Source: Paramecium tetraurelia
Taxonomy: Eukaryota
Assembly (NCBI GenBank): GCA_000165425.1
Contig: CT868252.1
Span: forward strand, 62,001 to 126,000
Reading direction: 5' to 3'
Length of the DNA stretch: 64,000 bases
This document shows, piece by piece, positions 53,589 to 64,000 of the stretch. The notes under the pieces are model-generated. The model searched no databases. It worked only from the letters and a program-made list of their open reading frames with translations, and was not told the origin of the DNA. The position numbers and the translations under genes were made by a program. Position 1 is the stretch's first letter. The number at the start of each line of letters is the position of its first letter.

Positions 53589-54721
53589 TCATCGTAAATT
53601 TTTACTAAGACTTTTTGATAGAGTTTCTTATATTCTTTTGTTTAAATTTATTAATTTTTAATCTAAACCATCTCCTTTTTAACTATTCATCTTCATTTCC
53701 ACATTCTCCTAATTGTTAATGTTTACATCTGTATTTCCCTTGCACTTCTACTTCTCTATTTATAAAACGATGTTGGACTACTATTCTGACAACCCGACTT
53801 ATTTCTCCTTGTGTTATTGAAGGATCTATTAAAACTCAATCCAATCAGGCCTTCTTTCATTATCTAAATCGACCATCGCTCTCAACACATTCTCCACTCT
53901 TCCTGGATACAATTTTCTTAACTTCTAAAGGTTGTCCTCTAATCGATCAAATTGTAAGACTCCTTAATTATAAGTATCTCTGCAATCTGTTAATAATGCC
54001 AACGACAAGACTATCATACTATAATTAATGACATTAATTAATACCCAACACCGAAGACATCATTTTTAAATTTATTTGATTTTTATCCATTCTCTGGAGG
54101 CTAGAATTCATTGCTGAAGAGATGTGGGGCTTTTGCTCGAAATGGACTGACATCTTAAACTCTATACAATAAGTATTCCTCATCAAAATATATTGATTCA
54201 AGAGTCAAAGCAGAATGAGATATTCCTTTTTTTTATAAGAATAACAATGCATCTGACAAACCAGAGATCATCTTCCAAATCTCTTCCTCTGGAACATACT
54301 CGCTTGTTTGAGATCTCTTTTCTATTAATTATTTCACATCCAAGGGTAGATATTCATAATATATTCGGAATTCTCTTGTTTGAGCATACTTATCACTTGC
54401 ATCCTAATAGAACAAAAAACAAACTAAATTAGGATGTTTCCATTTTGTTCTCTCCTAAATAGCACTTATTTCTGCTTAACTTATAATATTGGTCCAACAA
54501 CAGAGATATTTTGCGAATGGATCAACTCTGTAAATGGCTGAAGTTGAAGTTATGTCAATCACATGAATTAGTGATGTGTAAGCGGATAACATGTAATCTT
54601 TTGGATTTTCATTTGGTAATCTTTGTCTGGGAACATCCTGGACAACTGGGTTGTAAGATGATGTTATTTTGTTTATTGGTTAGGTCTGCTTTTGCTACCC
54701 AATATAATATTCAGGGTACAT
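53589..54721 (-). CDS. Kinase-like protein (pseudokinase) with C-terminal coiled coil
   Basis: WKHPNLV, IYYEYLP, EEEIWKMISGLSDALLFLQKKGISHSALTLESIYF, FSPE; HRD and DFG absent. Confidence 0.7.
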
Positions 54722-55182
54722 TCTTGTCTGTTAAATTAATTACTAATATTCAAATTTTTATATTTAATGTTTTATCAAATTAAGTGTAAAATTGCACTTT
54801 TTAAAATCATTATTTAATTTACCATTCCTTAATTTTCTACTTGTGGTTGTTATTCCTTATTCAGAATATTGAGATAGAATATTTCTTTGAGTTTACTTAT
54901 GTTCCAAAATTAAAAAATCATTTTAACTATCTATATTTAATAGTGAATATAATTACAAATATATATATCAAGATATCACACAATAATATGTAGATCTTTC
55001 TAAGTACTTAGTAAGTTCAAACATATAATTCAGATTATTGATTATAAAATTTAAGCTTTATTATTAGGATATATATAAGACTTGTTTATTTGTTTTTTGT
55101 TAAATAATTTTATTATTGATCATAATAGATGATAAAGTTTACTTCTTAGAATAAATTTGTATTTATGCTACTCATATTTACA

Positions 55183-56620
55183 ATGTAAATCTGCTCATCA
55201 AATGGGATCCAACATTTGAGGGGTCATATTGATAGTAATGAAATTCATTTATTAAAGCAATAAATAATAAGCATTTGACTTCTATCAGCCATGGTAGTGG
55301 CAGTCCCATAACGGCAATAACCTTTGGGGGATTATTTATTGTTGGTGCCTTTTGTATGCTATGGTACAATGAAAGACGGTAACTGTTTATAACTTAACAA
55401 CCTCTAGATAAGCTATAACGGAATACAGAATAAACCAGGCTTATAAAGAATGCACATCAGTCGATTCAGCCCAAATTAATCCGAACACTAATAATAAATT
55501 AATTCACACGAATGGTAGTGAAATATGTTAATTATCCATAGGCAATAGTCAGACCAATTAACTAATAGTTGATGAGATCTTTGGGCTCTAATTAAAAGAT
55601 TGTGTGAAATTAATAAGAAGTGTTGAAATGTTTCAATGGGTGAGAAGATCAAGATAAGAAAATAATAGAACAACTTATTATTACGAATAAATTTGGAGTT
55701 CAACTTTTCATGCAGATGTGGGAGACGGGTACTTCAATGATTAATCGAAATGGATAGTATAAGCTGAAGATAAAATTAACGAAAATGTTTATGTTGGAGC
55801 CTATTTAATAACAAAATCTCTGGCTGAACAAACAGATGCAAATGAAATTATTAATTTAACTTCTGAGCATGCCCAAAACGTTGCCAAATATTTTGCTACT
55901 TAACGAATATTCTAACATTTGTAATTGTTAATACAATAATATTAGTGATGCTTAAGGGAAGGAAATGTATTTTTAATAAGAAAAAGGTAGACTTCTCAAC
56001 AATGATCTTAGAGTATCTTTTAGAGCTGCAAGAATAGGCCCAACAACTGTAGTGTCATAATAATAAAATAACACTTTCACTCCTTATATTATTCATGATA
56101 AATATGAATAAACATTAAATTAGGATGGTGAAAATCTTGAAAATCCTAATCCTTTGGGAATATTATCTTGCTGTTGTTGCTGTTGTTTTTGCTGTTGTCA
56201 ACTTTGCAAAGCCATAGAATAACCTTTATCTGAATTGAATTTACTCTATTAAGCTGTCCTAACATAATAGTAGGTTTTTAAGAAATTGGCTGAAGAATAT
56301 GCTTGTCTAACTCTGTGTTAAAGAATCACAGGATATATCTTAATGGTAAATAACAATAATATTCTTAGGGATTTGGATTTTATTTAATCTTCTATCCTGT
56401 AACATGGGTTGTATCTTTGGTTCCTTTAATTGGTGACTTTTTAGCTGCAATAACAGGATTTGCGTTTTTTTTGGTAAGTTTCTTAATTTCTATTCCCTTT
56501 TCTATTCTAACAATTGCATTTGCATGGCTTTTCTATCATCCAAAGTATGGAATTGCATTAATAGCATTATCTGGTTTAATTGGAGCTGGCATCTATTTTT
56601 ATTTAAAAAGTCAATAATGA
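55183..56620 (+). CDS. TMEM43: TMEM43/LUMA (DUF1625) family membrane protein
   Basis: FGGLFIVGAFCMLWYNERR, KLIHTNG, KLIRSVEMFQW, NDLRVSF, C-terminal LTIAFAWLFYHP; start inferred through a 23-nt intron at 55235-55257. Confidence 0.85.
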
Positions 56621-56761
56621 TATGATACCATATTATTAAAAACTAATCAAATTTATTTATATCAGAATTAAAACAAATTTTTTAAAGATTCTATTGTATT
56701 GTTATTGAATTAATCTCGTAAAATCTTCATAAGCTTTATAAAGATAAAATGTAATTAATTA

Positions 56762-57382
56762 ATGCAAGAAACTAAAACACATTTAAAAGGTTTAAGAACA
56801 GTAATAGCTTAAAAGAAGGAGAGAATGTCTCATAATTATCAACATTCAATTATAAATGGATCCTTTCTAATTGAAGGTACAAAAGTAATAAATCAGTTTG
56901 AATATTAAAAAGAAAGTGAGGCTAAAATGCCAACTAAAAATAAATTCTAAAATTTGTTTAGATATCACAGATTATCATTGAAAAATGAAAAACAAGAAAA
57001 ATTGTTGAGTACTGCTCAAAATACCCGAAAAAATTTTACTCAACAAAGACCTTCTGTTTTAAATGTGGAATTTTCAATAGATCAGAATATTGCAAGGAAT
57101 AAATCGATTGAAATGAATTAAATTAGGAGACCCTAAAGAATTAAACAAAGGAAAAAAGATGCAGAATTGAATGAAAGGGATAGATTTTACACTGTATAAT
57201 TTATAACAAAATCTGAAGGCAAATACGAAAATCGAAATCTCTTAGAATTGAATGTTCTCAAATACTAGAAACTGTCCCATTCTCCTAAATTTGGCAATAG
57301 GCATCCAATGAAAAATATCAAATTGAATGAAAAAATGAAAAAGGAGAAGAATTAAAATATATTGTTACAAGGTCTGCTTTGA
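56762..57382 (+). CDS. Hypothetical basic protein (~206 aa)
   Basis: Code-6 frame MQETKTHLKGLRTVIAQKK...LLQGLL-TGA. Confidence 0.55.
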
Positions 57383-57638
57383 TATTGTGTTTTATATTAC
57401 TAAGTCAATTTTTATATAATTTAACAATTGCTCAAGGGGCATCAAAGTAACTGGTTTTAAAATAATGCTTTTAAAATTCTTTTTCTATTTTCAACTAAAT
57501 TTCTATATTATGTATTATTTAAAAATTAAAATCTGAAATTGGTAATATAAATTTATGGAATCTAAGATTTTCAAGAAATCATATTAGTATAAAAGACAAA
57601 ATTTAAAATTGAAACAAATTTATTTATTATAATTGTAA

Positions 57639-59344
57639 TCATTTTATTTCTTCTTAGACTTCATCATCAACATTATATTACTTTTAAAAATTTACAAACC
57701 GATGAATTGTGCATTAATCAAACTCGCCTATGTCATCACTTAAATTTGATGAATTTGGTTGATCAGGAGATTCCTCTTAATTATGAGATGAATTTTAATT
57801 AACTCCTTTATTTTCACCTGGATTAGTGGAAAAGAAAATGCTTTTTTTAGTTGGAATTTTCAGAAAACTATTTGATGAATCTGCTTGTTAAAGATCACAC
57901 TTTGAATCAACAGAACGATTATTCTTGATTGTAATAGTTTATGAAGATCCCAAGAGAATATTCCTTTGTTTATGACTGTTTTTGGAATATTTCGATGACA
58001 ACCGAGGCATATTTTTTCTGATGGCCAATTTTCTTAGTGATTTTTTTCGAACTTAATCATCATCAACAATTTAAAACCATTAATGCTTTAGAGCAGCATC
58101 AGGATGAGGTCTGAATGTCCAATCTTTTTGTAACAACTAGATTATTAGATCTTTGGCTTCTTCTGAGACTTGTTCAAAGAGATCATTGGGAAATTCTATT
58201 GCAGCTTCTTTAATTTTCTCGATCAAATCATTCAAACTATAATAGAGATACAAGAATTTACTAATCAGAAAGGAAAGGCAATTATCCTGAAAGCATGGAA
58301 TATAAAATACAACCTGCACTCCACATGTCAACCATTTAGCTTAAGTAGGGAATTGAAATATTACTTGTAACCTTCTCCTGAGAATATTTCTGGAGCTGAA
58401 AATGCTACGGTTCCAGTGTATGTCCACATTTCTATTTTCTCTCTATCTTTCAGATCTCCAAATTCTTTATAAGCATCGCTAAATTTACTTACATTAAAAT
58501 CAGTAACTTTGATCTAATTTTTATCTATTGAATTAATATAAATACTTTCAACGCACAAAATATTATTGGGTTTCAAATCTCTATGACAAATTCCGTTTCT
58601 ATGCATGTATTCTATTGCACTCAATAACTGCTTGAATAACTCCTTAGCATCACTCTCACTATAATGTCCTAATTCATTGATCACCTCAAACATTTCTTTC
58701 CCCTTAATCAATTCCATAACCACGTGAGCCTTACTTTCAGATTAGAAGCCATCATTAAAATCTATATATAATTTATGAACTTTCACAATGTTTTCATGTT
58801 ACAACTTAAACATTGATTTAAACTCAAGAATCATCTACATTCATTATAATCACTTACATTTCTTATTATTTCATCATCTTATGTTTAAACAATCTTCACT
58901 GCATACTCAATTTATGATTATTTGTGTACAATCCTTTTGACCAATCCTAGACAGCCTTCTCCCAAAATTTCCATCATCTCGTAATCTTCATCAAATTTTT
59001 TTAGATTGGGACATATGTACTCTGAATCGAATTCATTTATTTCAACATCCAATTTACGCCCTAACTCCTGTAGTTCTTCATATAAATCCTTCTCATCATT
59101 TAAGGGTTTCTTTATTATCAATTGAATCCTTCCTAATATGCTTCAACATTTGTGTACCTCTTAATTGCTACTTGATCCTGTCTCTGTTATTTTATGCTTA
59201 AGTTTATTTATCGTCCGACTCAGATTTGAGAAAAGTGAACCTTCCACTTCCCTTCTTCTCAGTTGTTTAGAGTCTCGGAGGCAACCTTTACGTTTCAAAC
59301 GTGGAAGATTCATTGAGTGTTATTTAAGACAATTAATCGAGCAT
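57639..59344 (-). CDS. CAMK-family Ser/Thr protein kinase
   Basis: LGEGCLGLV, YAVK, ILEF, HRDLKPNN, TDFNVSKF, GTVAFSAPE, DMWSAG; likely start MLDQLSQITLNES at 59344. Confidence 0.92.
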
Positions 59345-59654
59345 AATACAGTAAAAATATTTTATAAAGGAATTTGTTACAGTGAATATAAAGTCTTCTT
59401 ATAATATGATCGACCACAGATCCCTTTAGATTACTGAATTATATTTCTACACTGCTGTCTTAACCCATAATTTTATATATCAAATCTACTCAAGAAACTT
59501 GTTGGTTTCTCAGATATTACACGAATTAGTAATATACAATTAAAGGAAAGATTCTAAAACAAGTGAGTTACTATTAAAGACAACTTTTATTCATACTTTA
59601 TATAATCATTATATTTTATAATATTAATTCTAAATTTACTAACTTCAAATAGAA

Positions 59655-60365
59655 ATGGAATTAAATACAGATCCAATTATTTTATAAAATTCATCTACTG
59701 TCTCCTTGGGGTAATTATTATTAGCATCATCTTAGGTAATTTAAACCAAAATATTCTCAAGTAATTTACTCTGGATCACAAGTGGCTGCATCTAAAGAAT
59801 AGTAGTTGAATTAAGGAAATGAAAATGATTCTAATAAATAAAAATAAGCTCCATTAATCGAAAAAGAAATTGAATTTAGAAAGATATTTTCAAAGTATTC
59901 ATTTGACGCAATCTTAGATTTGCTGTGACGAATGCAATATTTGGGATTTATTATCTATTAACTCTAATTTTGCGAGGGATATTATTACTTGAGAGTGATG
60001 ATGTGGTGGGTATAATATTATTGCTTACCAGGTAATTTTGTAGTCTAATTAGTTATACTTTGTGGGGAATAGCATTTTGCATAGCCATCAAGACATTCAA
60101 AGATTAAAGACCTTCATAACTAATTATATATCAAACAAATTTATTTGTAATAGGCATCATTGACTCTTATGTATAATCCTTTATCTTTTCGGCATTGCAA
60201 GGCGAAAGGGTTTTTTATGAGTTTTTCTTTATGAGTCTATGGATCACAACAATAGTCCTCTTGATAACATTATATTGCTATTGCAAAACATCAAAAGATT
60301 TGATGATTGTAATATAATACTTAAAACTTGAGTATCTTCAACATTCCTCAGATACTAATGTTTGA
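59655..60365 (+). CDS. Hypothetical multi-pass membrane protein
   Basis: MELNTDPIILQNSS..., several tiny introns, hydrophobic segments such as FFYEFFFMSLWITTIVLLITLYCYC. Confidence 0.5.
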
Positions 60366-60419
60366 AAATTATTAATTGATTTATGAGAAATTTAATTTAT
60401 AAACTTATTTATTACAACC

Positions 60420-61760
60420 TCAGTAATACCCTTTAATTTCGGAAAGTCTCCCCTAAGACAATAGCCGCTTTCTATCATAATTTTCCTCTATGATTTCCTC
60501 ATCCTATTATGTTTCTGGTTTTGTAGGAACTTTCATAATATACTTTTCATAATTTGAATTATTGCTGAATCTTACGTAAGGAAACGAATTTTTATGAGAT
60601 TGAGATCGTAATTAAATAATCTCCTATTCAAGTACATTTTTGCCAACAATTTCGAGATTCCCAACATCGTCAGGGACGGTTGGCATTAATTTCAAAATAA
60701 GATCAGAATTTTCAGAAAGCTTTTTGTTTAGAGCAGATTGAGACGTGAATGTGCTGAAAGGTTTAAAATCAAGTTGACTTAAGGAAGACCTTCTAACAAT
60801 TTCGACTTATGGAGATTTAGGATTGCCATAGACCTAATAATTTTTTTCAAATAAATCCACAAAAGTCTTAGGTTTAATATTCGAGTCTTTTTTTCGTAAT
60901 CCCAGTCGCTATTTACTTTATTGAATAAAAATACCCAAAATTAATTGCCTTGTTTCACTTCTATTGGTGTCAAAGCATCAAGTAGCCTTTTCATTTCTTC
61001 CTTAACCCTATGTTATTCTATTCTATCCAAAAGTGATTGACCTGGTAATCTTTGCATTTTAGATTCTAATTTTATTTTTGTCAAGTCCCAATCCTATTGA
61101 ACCTAATCAAATGTTTCAATCACTCTTTCACACTGACTCATTTTTAAGGATTCTCCTTTTGACATTCTACTTTACAATTATCTAGTTTTTTTTTCATTCT
61201 TTATTGTTATATTTATAAATACTTCTATTTTATTCCTTTCAATCCTCTATTAGATCTATTGAATATGTTCTTAAACTTGATCATCATTTAAGATTACTTC
61301 CTAAAATTCCTTAGTTTTAACTTTATTCTTTTTTTATTAAATATCCTTACTAGATTACTCTATGACAGTATAAATGAGAATAAATACCTTTAGAACTGAA
61401 AACCATTCTTTCTGATTACTCATTTTATTATAGAGTAGAAGGAGTTGCTTGTGAATTTGCAGTAACCTTTATCTATGCAGGTTTTCTATGTTATTATTAA
61501 CTTCTTGATTTTTCAGCCAAAAACTATTGCACACTTCCCACAACCGTATACTTGACAATATTCCCTTTCGAATCCTGTCTCGGTCCTTTTTCATGATCGG
61601 GTATTTTATCTAAAAGTTCCTTTGATCCACTAAAGAAATTTTTATGAGCCTCTTCAACAGCCAGAGGAGAGACGTGAGTTAAGAATTATGGTCTAACTCT
61701 AAAAAGATTCATCGTACTATCCTTGCTCTCATTAGCAAATTAGTTAAATTTTTTTTACAT
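60420..61760 (-). CDS. MYCBPAP-like protein (N-terminal-type region only)
   Basis: GPRQDSKGNIVKYTVVGSVQQF and QSLLDRIEQHRVKEEMKRLLD...FW resemble motifs I recall from MYCBP-associated protein. Confidence 0.55.
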
Positions 61761-61775
61761 TTTTAATTATATTTT

Positions 61776-62351
61776 ATGTAACATCCTAGATCAACTTCGG
61801 CTCATTATAATACTTGCAATTCTTAATATGGAAATGGTTGGCTATTGCATGATGGGAAACAACAAGTAAAGTTAAGTGAAACTCCTGTTCCTACCTATGC
61901 TGAAATTGTTAGAAGCATGCAGGTATTAACTATTACTATATATTGTAAAGGACTTTAGAAGAGCAGAGAAGCTGATTAAGAATAAATTAGTGGCTCAGCA
62001 GTTTGGTTTAGAGTAACAAAAGAAAGAGACAGAGGAAGAGAAATAAAGAAGAAAAATCGATAGTAAGGTGCCTCCCAAACCATTCCCAGTGAAGGAAAGC
62101 GAATACACAAAGCCAGCCTAAGGGATTAATGTTGGTATTCCATTTTTATTATATTTATAGGATCTCCAATTTACGAAACATCCAATATGTAATATGGACA
62201 ATTAAACCCAACGAAATTTGAATTAATTGAAAAGTTTTATCCAAGAGATGCTAAATTCACTTAGGGATTCCAAGGACATACTTACAAATTTGACGGTCTT
62301 ACCACTAGTGTTGCCTTTTCAAAAACCCACAAAGCTTTGGATGAGTACTGA
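61776..62351 (+). CDS. PIERCE/DUF4490-like axonemal microtubule inner protein
   Basis: C-terminal SPIYETSNMQYGQLNPTKFELIEKFYPRDAKFTQGF...YKFDGLTTS follows the PIERCE1/2 pattern (P.Y.TSN..YG...P...E....F.P....F); two tiny introns. Confidence 0.75.
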
Positions 62352-62408
62352 TTAAAATTATAATATTATTTTATAAGTCATAATATAATCATATAAATAA
62401 TTATTAAT

Positions 62409-64000
62409 TCACTTTTTAGGGAATGTCAAAGTAATCTTGAATTTTATTAGACTTCGTCAGATGTTCATATAGCTTTTTAAACTCTTCCTAGATCTCAGGA
62501 AATCTAATAGCTTTTTGAGATATTATTTAGTAATTAATTGGTGAGTATATTGTGAGAGGATTATATGGGGGACATTCATCCAAGGCAATAAATGGGTTTA
62601 ATTACCTAGACTAGATAATTTTTGTACCCATAACCATCTATGTAAATGCCCTCTTTTAAGGGATCAAATTAAGTTGCATACTTTTTTAAAAAGTCAAGAA
62701 GAATAGATTTTTTATCATTTTGAGTGTAATGCTTGCACATATAGATGGCAGCTAACATTATTGACAAACAAAATGAAGATATTCCTCCTACAAAATTCAT
62801 CTTGATAAATGATACCTGTATGAGCATCATTCAGATTTTTGGATTTGAGCAAATACTTTAAAATGAGCATTATATCCCTATACCAATAAAATCTATTCAC
62901 CCAATCCTTGATGATCGTGGTTGAAGCAAATCCCAAGTGTGGATTGTTGTAGATATTGCTCCACTAGTAAATCCAAGTTAAATCCACTTGAATGATTTTG
63001 CCTAACATAAAAGGCTTGAACTACCTGAATCTTATTGATCCAAATGGAAACTTTGCCAATTCTGTTAAATATAAGCGTCATCATTGTAAAACGCAGTCTT
63101 GGGATTAAGCTCCAATTTCAGTATGGGCATATGACTTTGAATTAGTCTACAATTGGAATATAATCATACTTTGAATTGACTAAAAAAGGTGTCTATTTTA
63201 ATAGTTAATTTATTGACTATAAAAAGTTAACTATCTGATTATAACTCAACGTTTAAGTCCCCCAGATTCCTATATCAACATCACTTACTTCTAAATCTAG
63301 TCCCGTTTCGAAAGATCCATAAGCATATATATTAAGGTCTGAATTCATGGAAATAATATAATGTAATCTATTGAAGCATATTCGTTTTCGTATTTTATTT
63401 TAAAAACTCTTAACTTGTATGTTATTCACAAACTCATCGATGTCTTGTGTTTTAGATTTGTTTAGGTTTAATTATTTACGTTTAATAGGAGTAGTCTATG
63501 AAGAATATGGATATTGTTTGTTTCCAACTATTTCTACATTATTTTAATTTTTCTTTTTATATTTCTCCTTGTTGCTTTGCTTTTAGATACTTGAGTTCTT
63601 CTGATTGTTCTCATCCTATTACAATTGACAGTCGTCTGATTCTGATTGGGAATTCCCTGTTGTAGTACTTACAGCACCAATCTATATAATCTTGTTAATT
63701 TTACATGATTAAATTAGGCATCCAAATCACTGGAATCTTTTTTGGATTTCTGCTCTATTTTCTATATTTGATTCAAACTACTAACTATTTATTATTTTTA
63801 TGAAGTTGTTTAATACTTCATCTTATGAGTATTAGAGGGAGAAGTTTAATTACATTATTTCTCCTTAATCTATTATTCGATCTAAGGTTGTTGATGATGT
63901 TGTTTTTGGGTGAAGGTCTAGTTTTTTTGGGGTTTTTTTTGTGAATCCACTTTATTTTTCTTGTTCTTTGGCTTTTTATGTGTTTTCTTGTTAGGTTATT
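62409..64000 (-). CDS. Non-canonical poly(A)/terminal nucleotidyltransferase (Trf4/Cid1 family), 3' part
   Basis: YGSFETGLDLEVSDVDIGI catalytic motif, ILKYLLKSKNLNDAHTG..GISSFCL, PAP-associated region; start lies beyond the window. Confidence 0.88.

Noticed and set aside
59310..59468. Upstream ORF MGQDSS... or C/D-box-like ATGAT...CTGA before the kinase
   Set aside because: Box spacing too short for a snoRNA; the ORF may be chance or an alternative spliced 5' exon and cannot be resolved without transcripts
1..64000. Supplied ORF track as a gene list
   Set aside because: It treats TAA/TAG as stops; many entries are truncated exons or antisense shadows (e.g. 11677-11880+, 23607-23801+, 30962-31369+, 52021-52245+)
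1..64000. CRISPR array, transposon, rRNA or tRNA genes
   Set aside because: No spaced direct repeats, transposase/RT motifs, terminal inverted repeats or cloverleaf/rRNA-like segments seen by eye; small ncRNAs could be missed without Infernal or tRNAscan

Overview
Gene-dense, AT-rich ciliate nuclear DNA, most consistent with a Paramecium macronuclear scaffold (species cannot be fixed from sequence alone). Recognisable proteins (RPS6, cytochrome P450, TOM40, PDE, kinases) read through TAA/TAG as Gln and end only at TGA (translation table 6), and frames are restored by 20-35 nt GT..AG introns, so the supplied standard-code ORF track is fragmentary and partly antisense noise. By manual translation I support about 40 protein-coding loci; exact starts and splice sites are approximate. 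I found no rRNA, tRNA, CRISPR array, transposon or telomere tract. I cannot demonstrate a new multi-gene system. The best leads are an intronless 79-aa secreted 8-Cys peptide precursor (38006-38245), divergent gene pairs with 6-23 nt between start codons (one links two axoneme-type genes), an RPS6 copy with two frameshifts and an Ala/Lys/Pro/Thr tail, a damaged twin-CX9C gene whose former introns are now in frame, a ~1,450-aa protein ending in a RAP-like domain, and a TMEM43 homolog with a poly-Cys insert.
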